Below, piece after piece: positions 1-11,846 of a stretch of 64,000 bases of DNA (position 1 is the stretch's first letter; each line of letters opens with the position of its first letter). This stretch comes from Selaginella moellendorffii (lineage: Eukaryota > Plantae > Lycopodiophyta): positions 198,110-262,109 of the forward strand of contig NW_003314378.1 of NCBI RefSeq assembly GCF_000143415.4, given 5' to 3'. Below the pieces are notes generated by a model, which was not told where the DNA came from, ran no database searches, and saw only the letters and a program-made list of their open reading frames with translations. The translations under genes were made by a program, and so were the position numbers.

Positions 1-476
1 CGGCCTGAATTGGTGGAGCAAGTTCTACAACTTTGGGGACGACGTGAGGAGCGAAGAGTTTTACAAGCTGCCACTAAACCTCAACGATTACTTCCCGCAA
101 GCTTGAGAAAAAAATCCAGGCAAGAACATTGGTATACTATATTCTTTTCAAGGACGCTGCTGGCTTTCTTTGCGAGGACTAAACTTTTCCTGTGCAGGGA
201 CGTGGCAACCACTGGTGTGCCTATAATGATAAAGGCGCGACTTTGGTTGGATTCCCGCCACGTAGCCGACGAATATGCCCCTCCATGGAAGCCAGGTGCT
301 TCCTCTTCGTCGCCCAAGAACTAAAGAGATCTGTGTGTGCTGCAGTTAGAGGATAGGGTTAGGGTTTGCGATGCGCCTTCCAGTGGATGGAGAATTCCCG
401 GAAGCCGATGTCTAGAATGAGGTATAATACCGATCTCTTCTTTCTACCAAGCTGGTCGTCTCTGCCCACTGTGAGC

Positions 477-2283
477 ATGGGAATGCTAGCTCGTCTCTTT
501 TATGTTCTTCTTCTCTTCCTCTTTTCTCGCATTGGAGGGGCGGAGCTTCCTGTTGTATCCAGGATTGCTTTTGGTTCGTGTGCTCATCAGGACGTTCCTC
601 AGGTAAAAAAAAACATTTTTTTTGTGTGTGTGTGTCTGTTTACTGATCCATATTCTTTTGTTTTTTGTTTTCCAGCCGATATGGTCGGCTGTGCTGGATT
701 TCAAGCCGGAGGTGTTTATCTGGCTTGGAGACAACATTTACGCGGATAACAAGCGGCCGACTCGGGTGTTTGGAAAGGAACGCACTGCTGGGCCTTGGAA
801 GAACATCCCCCGCTTCTCTCCTGTGTCGCTTGAAGAAATGGCGGAGAAGTATCGGAAAGGGAAGAGCGTTCCCGAGTACAAGAGATTGAGAGCAACTACA
901 CAGGTTGGTTCGTCAATTTCTGGCTTGTTTATAGCACATTGCTCTTGGACAGATTATAGGAACTTGGGATGACCATGATTATGGCCTCAATGACGCTGGA
1001 AAGGAGTTTGAAGGCAAGAGGGAGAGCCAAAAGTTAATGCTGGAGAATTTGGACGAGCCTTTGGACAGCCCCAGGTAGGCAAGCGCGTAATTTTTCTATT
1101 ATTCATCTGCTTTTCGCTTTGTCTAGATGGTCCCAGGAGGGGGTCTATACGTCTTACTCTTATGGTCCTTTAGGAAAGAGAATTAAGGTATGATCGAAGC
1201 TTCGTTATCGTTTTGAGCTCCTGAAAGTAGCATTTACAAGCAGGTTATTCTTCTAGATACAAGGTACCACAGAGATCCGATTTTCAGCGACGGGACGGTG
1301 CTGGGAGAAAAGCAGTGGACGTTTCTGGAGAAAGAACTGACCGAGACCGATGCGCAAATCAATATCATAGCTTCGTCCATTCAAGTGAGTATCTTCTGCT
1401 ATTATCATGCTACATACGTGGGATTGATCTGGTTGCGCTTGTAAAGGTGTTGGGCAACTTTTCTTCGACTGTGCGACCTTTCTTTCACGTGGAAGCATGG
1501 TCGCATTTTCCAAAAGAGCAAGAACGACTTTTTGATGTAATTGCACGCTCGAATGTAAGTCTGGATGCTGAGGCTTTGGGATTTTGACATCCAGCTCTCT
1601 CCATGCACAGGCAAGTGGTGTTGTCTTTATCAGTGGGGATGTGCACTTTGGGGAAATCACTAGGTACGACTGTGGTATCAGCTACCCGCTTTATGATGTG
1701 ACATCGAGTGGCCTTACACAGGCAGTGGAGCAGTCTAAGCTTGCTCCGCTAGCAAGGTTCTCTGCCTGGCTAATGCCAACTAGTATGAGAGTATACAACC
1801 AATGGTGCCGATACAGCTCTTGCGTTTATGGTTCGTATCAGTCTCTCTTCTCTTCTACTCATGTCTTGAGAATTTTGCAAACCTTCGTCACTCCAGGCAA
1901 ACAAAACTTCGGAACTTTCCTCATCGACTGGACCGCGGACAATGTCAAAATTATCGCGGAGATCAGAGACGTGTTTGGACGGCCTGCGCTCAAGGAGATC
2001 ATCCCGCTCTCGAAACTCCAGGCACAAGATGGAGCAGAGAGAAACTTCAAGCGGCTAAAGAAGAAGATCCAGAGGCACTGTACACGGGAAGTCGACCTTC
2101 CGTGGTACCTGAGATACCGACTGGCTGCCGTCGTTTACTCTCTCTTCACTGGTAAGTTCCCTTGTTTGCTCGCTTCTCGTTCTGACACAAGCAAAATGTG
2201 CAGTGGTCATACTGGCTGTTTCTGTTTCCCTTTACTGTCTGGTGAGAGTGGGAAGCAGCAAGCTTCACAAGAAGTCCGAGTGA
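477..2283 (+). CDS. PhoD-like alkaline phosphatase D family metallophosphoesterase (multi-exon)
   Basis: Motifs RIAFGSC, FIWLGDNIYAD, GTWDDHDYG, LLDTRYHRD and FISGDVHFGE across GT-AG exons; N-terminal hydrophobic segment; last exon encodes a TM helix ending LHKKSE*. Confidence 0.9.
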
Positions 2284-2467
2284 AAGTTAAAAGTACGTAG
2301 AGTTTATACTTTTGTTCTATTTTTAATCCACAAAGGGGATAACACTTGTTTAAGGATAAAGTACTATCTTACTCAGATAGTTTTTAATAGCATCCGAAAT
2401 GATAGAGATGAGCAGGGCCTATAAAATGGTGCTACAATCACAAGGGTTCGTGGTATCAGAGCTTGTG

Positions 2468-4852
2468 ATGAGAATGGGAAGGAGGAGCATCTGCCTGGCG
2501 GCCTTTGTGGCGCTTTTGTGCCTGGGGTCGACGCTTGCTACACAGGTAAACTCTTCCCTTCTATCTTTTGTGTACTGATATCGGGGCTCCAGGAGAAGCG
2601 AGTCGCAGATCAAACATGTGGTTCCGGGTTCCAGGAAGGGGAAGTCGAGTTTTTCCCCAACATCTCGAAGATAGAGTACGAGGTCTGGGATTTCTCGTGT
2701 TTCTCATCTCAATACCTTTTCTAAACGCGCTCGGATGGGAATTTCAGGGACCCTCTAGCAAGAACCCACTTGCTTTCAAGTGGTACAATCCGGAGGAAGA
2801 GATCTATGGCAAGAAGATGAAGGTAGAAGCCACCATCATTCCATCCATGCGCTCGACAAAAATTCCCTTTTTCTTTCCTTTATCTGTGTAGGACTGGCTG
2901 AGGTTCAGTGTCGCCTTCTGGCATACATTCCGAGGCGATGGAAGTGATCCTTTTGGATCTCCGACGAAGCAGTGGCCTTGGGATGATGGAACGGACTCGC
3001 TCGAGATGGCCTTCACAAGAAGTACGTGTGCTTTGCGTTCGGTTTGGTGTTTATCTTGTTCTTGTCTCCAGTGCGGGCAAACTTTGAGTTCCTGAAAAAG
3101 CTTGGCCTTAACCGATGGTGCTTCCACGATAGAGATATTGCGCCAGAGGGCCGGACTCTGGAGGTTTGCTGGCTCGAAGTTTTTTCATTGATTGACAAAG
3201 CTTGGTGTTTCAGGAATCAAATGCCAACCTCGACAAAGTTGTTGCTTTAGCTAAGCAGCTACAGGAAGGCACAGACATCAGACCTCTCTGGGGAACCGCG
3301 CAGCTTTTCAAGCACCCAAGATACATGCATGGCGCAGCCACCAGGTATTAGATTTTCTTGTTGCTCTCTTTCCTATTATAGTTGTTTCTTCCCCTGGTAG
3401 TCCCGACGCTAGGATTTATGCTTATGCAGCCGCTCAAGTCAAGAAGGCTATGGAGGTATGTTACATGTTTTGCTTTTCTTTTATTTTGTTCATGCTGACG
3501 TCTGAGCTTTCTGCTTTCAGGCTACGAAAGAGCTTGGTGGAGAGAATTACGTGTTCTGGGGTGGCCGGGAAGGATATCAGTCTCTCTTGAACACAGACCT
3601 TGAGAGGGAGCTCAATCACCTGGTAATAATTTCTTTGTTCTCTTCAACTTCGGCAGCTATAACTCTTGGCTTTGCAGGGACAATTTTTGAAATCAGCCGC
3701 TGAGTACAAGAAGAAGATCGACTTTGACGGTAAGCATCTCACGCTAACTGCTTGGTACTGAGAGATTTTTTCATATCGCAGGCGTGCTTCTCATTGAACC
3801 AAAGCCTCAAGAACCCACGAAGCATCAGTACGGGCTTGCTTTAAACTTAATGCACCTTACTTAACGTTTGTTTATGTAGATATGATTGGGATGCTGCAAC
3901 TGCGATTGGATTCTTGCAAAAATATGGATTGAAGGGTAAGCTAGCTTGTGGTTTTCCCTGTAGATCCATCTAACTCTATTCCTACGGCGCAGACGACTTC
4001 AAGCTGAACATTGAATGCAACCACGCAACGCTTGCGGGTCACAGGTAAGACAGCCGAAAGTTTATTGTTTGTACTGATACTCGTGGAATGCAGCTGCTAT
4101 CATGAACTGGAAGTTTCTCGAATCAATGGAGTTTTGGGAAACATTGACGCCAACACTGGTGACGCTCAAACAGGTACTTTCGCTTCTTCGTTTCACGCAG
4201 TACTTAAGAGATGTTTTTTTCAGGATGGGATACCGACCAGTTCCTGATGGATATTGCAGAAACCACGCAAGTGATGCTTTCAGTGCTTCAGAATGTAAGC
4301 CACTCAAAAACATTTTTTTCGCCTGACCGTATCTTTTGTTGTAGGGAGGCCTTGCTCCTGGTGGATTCAACTTCGATGCCAAACTGTGCGTCTATTTAGA
4401 AACCATTCCTACCATTCCTACACCATTCGTGCTCACTTGTGTGTGGTGTGTTGTGTTTCAGGAGAAGGGAAAGTACAGACGTGGAAGACTTGTTCATCTC
4501 TCATATCGCTGGCATGGACGCAATGGCACGCGGGCTTCGCAATGCAGCCAAAATCCTTGAGGTAAAATTGCTTCATTTGTGGCATTTCTCACGGGCAAGA
4601 ATTCTCTTTCAGGAGGGTACTCTTCCAAGTATCGTGAAAGAGAGATATGCAAGCTTTGACTCTGCTTTGGGAGCTTCCATTGAGGTACACTAAAGCTTTC
4701 TACGATGTTTCACTTACCAATTGCTTTTGGTGTGCTAGTCTGGGGAGCTTGGATTTGAAGAGCTGGAGCGGGAGGCCCTGAGAATGGAGGAGCCACTACC
4801 CGCGTCTGGGAAGCAAGAGCTAGCTGAGATGGTGTTCTATAACTCCATATAA
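2468..4852 (+). CDS. XYLA: Xylose isomerase (class II, plant type, many short exons)
   Basis: [61 protein letters not shown] and SGKQELAEM; signal-peptide-like N-terminus. Confidence 0.95.
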
Positions 4853-5750
4853 CCACCATGTGATATACTCCATATAACCATGTGATATCTATGTAAAGGC
4901 TTGATTACTTGAACTTGTAAAGAATGTTATCACAAAATGTCTTTTACCTCTCAAGGATGAAAGTAGCTTCTCTTTTGTAATCGTCACCGTATCGCAACCA
5001 TCAATTTGCTCAGCTTCTTTACCAGGTTACAGAATGTCTCCAAGGTATGTATCTGCAGCGGGGGGCTGGAGCTGTATGGAAGCACTGAGATTAGTTTCCT
5101 GTAGACCTCTTCCTGGAGCACGCTATTTTGGTGCTCCTCAATTACTTCGTAGAACAGCTTCTTCTTGTCTGACTGGGGAGATGGGTTTTATGAACGAGGT
5201 TTGGAAGGAGGCCAGAGCTAAAGGTGTGGAAATCAGGCTGGATTTGAAAGATGTTTGGTCTAGCAAATTGCTTCCGGATGAAAGAAGACAGTCTCTTTGG
5301 TGCTTGAGATGGTTGCCAATGTCAAGGGTTATGAAAGAATGGTGTTGTGTCCATTGTATCCAACGGCAAAGCTGAGCCCAAAAGGGAAAAACCTTGTCAC
5401 TTCGGGCTTGAAACGGGCCCTGGACGATGAAATGACTGTAACTTGTTCTTGGATGCGAGAAAATAAGCTACCGAGCCTTCCCTCGTACTTTGAAGAAATA
5501 GAGTCTTCATCATGTTCACTGCTTTCACTACGTCATTGTAAGCGGATACGAAACAACCATGGTGAAGGTGTTCTATGTCTCGTCCAGCAACGACAAAGCA
5601 ATCCGGACATGTCCCTTCTTAAAATGCCTTGCGTTGGCACCCTGTCCAGAATCACGCTGATCAACTCATCGCTAAACAGCTCCTTCCTTTTGTGTAGAGT
5701 TGGGCCTTTCAACAGTGCGTCAACCGGTTTATTAATTTTTTTTAAAAAAA

Positions 5751-5946
5751 TTGGGACATATGAGGACTATTTGATGCCATGCAAAGAAAGAATCTCGTCT
5801 CGTGGACTGCCATGGTAATTCCAGCACGGGCATCTGGATGAGGCAAACCTTCTATGCCCGCATGGTTCATCTGGGGATTTAAATGGAAGTAGGCAGCTGT
5901 TTGAGAAAATGGAAGAAAAGAATTTGGTGTCGCAAATGCGATTTCT
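5751..5946 (+). pseudogene. PPR gene fragment
   Basis: Internally deleted copy of ~6370-6620 (tttgatgccatgca..aagaatct..gtctcgtggact). Confidence 0.7.
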
Positions 5947-6214
5947 CTGGCGAAACTTGGGTGCCCCTCATACTTCGTGGAAGTTTTAATAAGCTTGTCA
6001 TCCTTCCTAGCAAGATCACTGCATAGAAAGTTCTCGAAGAGCTCCATCCCGCGTTTGCTTTACATCGCTATACATCTCCTTTTGATCTGTAAAGTTTGGA
6101 GAGCCCGTAACATAGCCTTTCATCCAACTCCACGCTCTCATTCTTTAGCAGAACATCCGAGAGTTTTTAGTAAAATCAACGGTGAAAAAAAAAAGAAGCA
6201 GAGAATAACGCTTG

Positions 6215-7873
6215 ATGAGCTTATATTCCCAAACATCAGTTTTAACAGCAGCTGCCAACTCCGGGCATCTGGGAGATGCTAAGAGGATATTTGATGGCAT
6301 TGGGGAGCCAGACGTGGTGTGCTGGAATGCGATGCTTTCGGCATATGCCCGTGCCGGATGTATCTCAGATGCGAGAGGAATCTTTGATGCCATGCAGGCA
6401 AAGAATCTAGTCTCGTGGACTTCCATGGTGTGCGCATATTCTAAGCACGGGCATCTAGACGAGGCAAAGATTCTCCTTGGTGCCATGCCCGAGTGGAATG
6501 CGGTATCGTGGACAGCGATAATCGCTGCTTGTGGTTTAGCTGGAAACTTAAACGAGAGTAAGCAGATGTTTGAGATGATGGAAGAGAAGACTTTGGTGTC
6601 GTGGAATGTGATTCTCTCCGCAAATGCCCAAAACGGGCAATTTGCGAGTTCTCTGACGATCTTTCATGCGATGCCGCAGTGGGATCTGGTGTCGTGGATC
6701 ACGCTCCTGGGTGGAATTTCCAGCGATATTGATGCTCTGCTCGAGATTTTCCACGCAATGCCCGAGCACGACATCGTGTGCTGGAATGCGCTGCTATCGG
6801 CTCACGGGACTAGAGGCAGGATTGGCGATGCCCAGCTCGTGTTTGAGCGGATGCCGGAGAGGAATTTGATATCCTGGACTGCGATGCTCAATGCATGGAT
6901 CTTGTGCGGCGACCTGGAACTCGCGAGAGAGCTCTTTGATCGCATGCCGGAGAGGAACCTTGTTTCTTGGACCGCGATCATCGATGCGTATTCGCAGAGA
7001 GGAGATCCGTGCCAGGCCAAGAGCCTCTTCGCCCAGATGCCGGAGCAGAGCCTGGCCTCCTGGAACGCGATCCTCTCCGGCATCGCCCGGTTTGGAGATC
7101 TGGAAGAGGCTGGAGAGATCTTCGAGAGGATGCCGCAGTGGAATTCTTCCTCGTGGAACGCAATGCTGGCCGCCTACACCCTGTCCGGAAAGAATCTGGA
7201 AGAAGCCTGGGCGCTGTTCGCCAAGATCCCTCGCAAGAACCAGCTCTCTTGGAACCTGATACTCACCGCCGAGAGCCAGCCGCTGGAGTCATCGCTGGAG
7301 ATCTTCGCGTCGATGCCGGAGCGCGACGTCGTGTCCTGGACCGCGATTCTCACCGCATTTGCCCGCGCCGCCCACAACTCCCACGCGGAGAAGCTCTTCG
7401 CGCAAATCCCCAGCCCCAATCCCATCTCCTGGGCCGCCCTCCTGGCCGCGCTCTCCACCAGCGATCCATTCCCCGCCTTCCACGAGATGGCCATGCTCCA
7501 CGCACCCACGCCCGCGTGCTTCGCGTCGGTGCTGGCGGCGTGCGTCCACCGTGGCGCGCTGGAGCTTGCCACGTCATATTTCGCGGCCATGGTCCGCGAC
7601 CACGGCGTGACGCCCGGCCGGCAGCACTACGGCTGTATGGTGGACTTGATGGGCCGCGCGGGACGCGTGGATGACGCGCGGCACATTGTCGCCGCCATGC
7701 CATGCCACGTGGACGCGCTGGATTGGCGGTGCCTGCTTGGGGCTTGTAGATGGAGTGGCACGGAGGGTGATCGGTGTGGTACGGACGTGGCCGGGCTTGC
7801 GATGGGGTTGGATCCAGGTGACGCCGCTGCCTACGACCTGGTAGCAAGTGTGTATGAGTATAATAGCGTATAG
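6215..7873 (+). CDS. PLS-class pentatricopeptide repeat protein with E-like end, no DYW
   Basis: Intronless ORF with ~31-aa repeats (FxxMPERNLVSWTA..); C-terminal HYGCMVDLMGRAG...WRCLLGAC. Confidence 0.9.
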   Translation: MSLYSQTSVLTAAANSGHLGDAKRIFDGIGEPDVVCWNAMLSAYARAGCISDARGIFDAMQAKNLVSWTSMVCAYSKHGHLDEAKILLGAMPEWNAVSWTAIIAACGLAGNLNESKQMFEMMEEKTLVSWNVILSANAQNGQFASSLTIFHAMPQWDLVSWITLLGGISSDIDALLEIFHAMPEHDIVCWNALLSAHGTRGRIGDAQLVFERMPERNLISWTAMLNAWILCGDLELARELFDRMPERNLVSWTAIIDAYSQRGDPCQAKSLFAQMPEQSLASWNAILSGIARFGDLEEAGEIFERMPQWNSSSWNAMLAAYTLSGKNLEEAWALFAKIPRKNQLSWNLILTAESQPLESSLEIFASMPERDVVSWTAILTAFARAAHNSHAEKLFAQIPSPNPISWAALLAALSTSDPFPAFHEMAMLHAPTPACFASVLAACVHRGALELATSYFAAMVRDHGVTPGRQHYGCMVDLMGRAGRVDDARHIVAAMPCHVDALDWRCLLGACRWSGTEGDRCGTDVAGLAMGLDPGDAAAYDLVASVYEYNSV

Positions 7874-7996
7874 ATCTTGTATATGGAACGTGTTACCAGA
7901 CCAGATTAACTGCAAAGTGATTGATTGATATCATAGTTTTTGCTCAACACGACCAGAGTTTTATTTATTCACCAAAGTGATTGATTGATATCATCC

Positions 7997-8215
7997 TCAG
8001 GCAGAACGGAAATGGTGAAAGTTCCTCCGGCTCCAGAAGTCTTGGTGCTGGATCGAACTGGCGCAAGTATTCCCATTCCTGTTCTGGGGAGGACAAGTTC
8101 CAGCATCCGAGATCCAGTGAGTGCCGATGAAGAAGTGGTGATGTCATAGAAGTCCTTGTTGCTATTGTTGTTGATGGAAACCTCGGCCAGTCCAGTGCCG
8201 ACCTTTCCCACCCAG
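7997..8215 (-). pseudogene. Thaumatin-like gene 3' relic
   Basis: Deleted, frameshifted copy of 10542-10890 (LAEVSINNNSNKDFYDI, GAGGTFTI). Confidence 0.8.
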
Positions 8216-8225
8216 ACGACTTTCT

Positions 8226-8940
8226 GAATGCAACCAACGCTTGCGGGACACATGTAGCTGCTATCATAACTAGAAGTTTCTCGAATCATTGATGAACTGG
8301 AAAACATTGATACGTCTTCATTCATGCAGTGCTTAAGAGATTTTCTTTCAGGAAAGGATACCGACCGATGGATATTGTGGAAACCACAGAAGTAGTGCTT
8401 CAGAATGCAAGTCACTCAAAGACATGTTTCTTCGCCTGACCGTAACTCATGCGTTCCTGTTTCGTTTGTCTTCGTGTGGGGCGGTTTTGCTCCTGGTGGA
8501 TTCAACTTAGTTGCCAAACTGTACGTATATTTAGAACCATTGCTACCAATTCGTGCTCACTGTGTGTGTCGTGTTTCAGGAGAAGGGAAGGTACAGACGT
8601 GGAGGACTTGTTCATCTCTCATATCGCTGACATGGACGCAATGGCACGCGAGCTTCACAATGCAGCCAAAATCCTTGAGGTAAAATTCCTTGATTTGTGG
8701 CATTTCTCACGGGCACGAATTTTCTTTCAGGAGGGTACTCTTCCAAGTATCGTGAAAGAGCGATATGCAAGCTTTGACTCTGCTTTCGTTGAGGTACACT
8801 AAAGCTTTCTACGATGTTTCATTTACAAATTGCTGTCGGTGTGCTAGTCGGGGGAGCTTAGATTTGAAGGCTGGAGCAAGAGGCCCTGAGAGCCACTACC
8901 CGCGTCTGGGAAGCAAGAGCTAGTTGAGATGGTGGTCTAA
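8226..8940 (+). pseudogene. Xylose isomerase 3'-half duplicate
   Basis: Colinear with 4012-4852 including introns, with small deletions and stops. Confidence 0.9.
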
Positions 8941-9732
8941 TGTAAGTAAGGCGATATCTATGTGAAGGCTTGTTTAAACATTTTTACTGTCATGTATAAA
9001 GAATGTTATCGCAATTTTAAATCTTCATTTCAATACTTACCTGGCAGATCCCTCTCAAGGATGAAAGTACCTTCTCTCTTGTAATCGTTACCGTTTCGCA
9101 GCAGTTTTCTCACCATCAATTTGCACAGCTTCTCGTCTACCAGTTTCCAGAACGCCTGGTAAGTATCTGCAGCGGGATGCCTCCTTAGCAAAGTACTCTC
9201 GGTAGCTTATTGTGCTCGCATCCAAGAACAAGTCATATGCCTCAGTAGCTAGTGTTTCACCGTCCAGCATGAGGCCCCCTTTCAAGCTGGAAGTGACAAG
9301 GTTTTTCCCTTCCGGGCAGTTCACTGTACATCTCAAGCACATTTTTGGCGTTGGATGCAACATCACCTCCCTTTCCAAAGCTTCTTTTATAATGGACAAC
9401 ACTAAAGTGTGATCTTTGACCACGTCGAGATAAACCCTTGACATTGGCTCGTTAACCATCTCAAGCAACAAATTGTCATTGTATGGATGTATTTAAGGAA
9501 TGCTTGTCGTTGCTGAATTGGTAAACTCATTTAGATGTCTATGTGGGATCACTATGTGATTCTATAATTGATAATCAAGGAAAAACTCTGGATCGGCGCA
9601 CCGAAGGGGGATTGGATTGATCGCCTTGGCTGCAATGTAGGCAGGTGATCGCTTGGATGGAGTCATGCGACGAGAACACCTTTCCCATCTGCACCATCTT
9701 TGGGTGCTCTTTTGGAAACACCTTACAATTAG

Positions 9733-9812
9733 TGCCTCGCGTCTGGGAAGCAAGAGCAGCTGAAATGGTGTTCTATAACGCCATACAACACTGAATATCC
9801 ATGTAAAGGCTT
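9733..9812 (+). pseudogene. Third xylose isomerase terminal-exon fragment
   Basis: cgcgtctgggaagcaagagc..atggtgttctataac matches 4801-4850. Confidence 0.75.
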
Positions 9813-10296
9813 TGGTCATTTGATGAAGTCAAGCATTGATATGTGAACTCCATGCTAGGGACAGGGGGTGATGGGAAATTTGACTCTTTTAACTTCCACT
9901 TCCATAAGAGATGTTCAAATCTCACTAATAGTGTTTCAGTGAGAGGAGATTGTCGCTCGTTTCTTTATTTGTTGATCCACCATGTTCAACCCCATGGCTG
10001 GGCCGCATCCAGCGCCAGCTCCATGGCCAGGCCGCCAGCGCGAGCGCCATGCCCGCGATCACCCATGTAAGTCAAAATTAATGGATTGATTGTGATGAAA
10101 GGTTTTTTTTAGCAAAAAGTAGCTTTCTGATCCAGGGAAGTGATTACTTTTGCACAGTGAGAGCCATGGCCTAGCCAGGGCCACAAAGCACAGGGAATGG
10201 AGTCGTAGAGATTCTCATTCTCATAGGAATTAACATCGTCATCACTGCACTCTTCCTCATCACCGCTCTCATCATCCTCATCACTACTCTCATCAT

Positions 10297-10460
10297 CCAC
10301 TACGGCTGCATGGGACGTTTGTGGATGAGGCGCGGTACATGGTCCCCGCCATGGGGCTTGTAGATGGAACGATACGGAGGGCAGTAGGTGTGGTACGGAG
10401 GTGGCTGGGCTTGCGATTGGGATGGATCCAGGTGATGCCGCTGCGTACCACCAAGCTAAC
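10297..10460 (+). pseudogene. PPR 3' relic
   Basis: Deleted copy of 7626-7845 (cactacggctg.., ggggcttgtagatgg, ggatccaggtga). Confidence 0.8.
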
Positions 10461-10541
10461 GTATCGATCTGAATAAACGCGTGACAACATTTTTGCTATA
10501 GAATTTATTTCATTTATAAAGTGATTGAATAACACCATCGC

Positions 10542-11105
10542 TCACGGGCAGAACGTAATGGTGAAAGTTCCTCCGGTTCCAGTGGCAAAAGTCTTGGTGT
10601 CACCAGACCAGCTATAAGCATCCGGGCATGAGGCACGGACGTTCTGTGCATACTGGGAGTTTGGATCGTCGCGGTTGGGACTGGTACAGACATTCCCATT
10701 CGTGTTCTCGGGAGGACAAGTCGAAGCCTCCGCTCGGCAAGTCAGACCCCTGCCAGATCCAGTGATGCTCATCCCAGTGCCGATGAAGAAGCCATCCACG
10801 GCGCTGATGTCGTAGAAGTCATTGTTGCTGTTGCTGTTGATAGTGAACTCGGCCAGGAGGCCAGGAGTTCCAGTGCCGATGTTTCCCCCCCAGAGATCCG
10901 GAGGACTCAGTGAGCGAGATTCTCCGGGGGCGAGAGTGAATCCGGAGGTTCCGATCGAGGGGCCGGGGTTCTCGCGGACGACAATGTTCTGCGAGCCTCC
11001 GCAGCTATTGACAACGTTGAAGGAAGTGGCTGCTGCGAGTGGGATTGCTGCAAAACAATGGCTTAGAGCAACAAGAGCAACTAGGATGGCAGTAGAGCTT
11101 GCCAT
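10542..11105 (-). CDS. Small secreted thaumatin-like (PR-5) protein, 187 aa
   Basis: Signal peptide MASSTAILVALVALS; LAEFT, DFYDISAVDGF, CPDAYS and TITFCP; TATA-like CTATATAAAT on - strand near 11151-11161. Confidence 0.9.
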   Translation of the reverse strand: MASSTAILVALVALSHCFAAIPLAAATSFNVVNSCGGSQNIVVRENPGPSIGTSGFTLAPGESRSLSPPDLWGGNIGTGTPGLLAEFTINSNSNNDFYDISAVDGFFIGTGMSITGSGRGLTCRAEASTCPPENTNGNVCTSPNRDDPNSQYAQNVRASCPDAYSWSGDTKTFATGTGGTFTITFCP

Positions 11106-11846
11106 TGGAACTGTGTATGCTGTAATATATTTCTGTGAGTTTCTTTGGGGATTTATATAGTCTAGAGATATTACTGAAGGTGAAAGAGTCTGTAGTCCAC
11201 ACGCAAAGGAATACCACCCGTGAATAGTAGCCAAGCAAAAAAAATCATGACTGACTAGACTTTGAAAATCATGTTCATGACTTGAGTTTTGCATCATATA
11301 ATTACGGACAAATGAGAATATCCGTGCTTTGAATATTGAGTCAAGAATCTGCTGCCAAACTTTGTGAACTAGTGCCACCTCAATAAGTCCTAGTCTCACA
11401 TTCGGGATTTGTTTCTATGGCCAACTAATAACTAACCCTTTTAAGTATTAGTCAGCACACTTTATTAGCCATATAATTTTAATTATTTCTTTAACACCAA
11501 AATAGAAGCCCATCAGTTAGAATAATAATCTATAAAATAAAAATTTATAATAACATCAATTACATTGAAAAATAATTGAAAATTAACATTATTTCATAAT
11601 CCTTCTTACATCATAACATTATAACAAAAAAAGAGAGTATTATAGTTGTATCCAAGTGGTTCATGTTTTAAGCAAAAATTTGATTGTGTTTTGAATTTTC
11701 ACAAATTTTGCAAAACAATGAATGTACATATTCCTGCAGAGAGAAAAAAGAAAGAAAAACGATCAATCTTACCGCAAGTTCTTGCGTTTGCATTGCCAGT
11801 TTTTATGTATATAGAGGCTCGGTCGATCGATCCTGTATGAACAAAC

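Noticed and set aside
10-324. ORFs at the window start
   Set aside because: No recognisable domain; likely the PhoD upstream region.
10109-10300. Acidic D/E-rich ORF
   Set aside because: Short low-complexity tract with no gene structure.
11106-11399. 98-aa N-terminal extension of the thaumatin ORF
   Set aside because: Non-ATG start running through the TATA region; the signal peptide begins at 11105.
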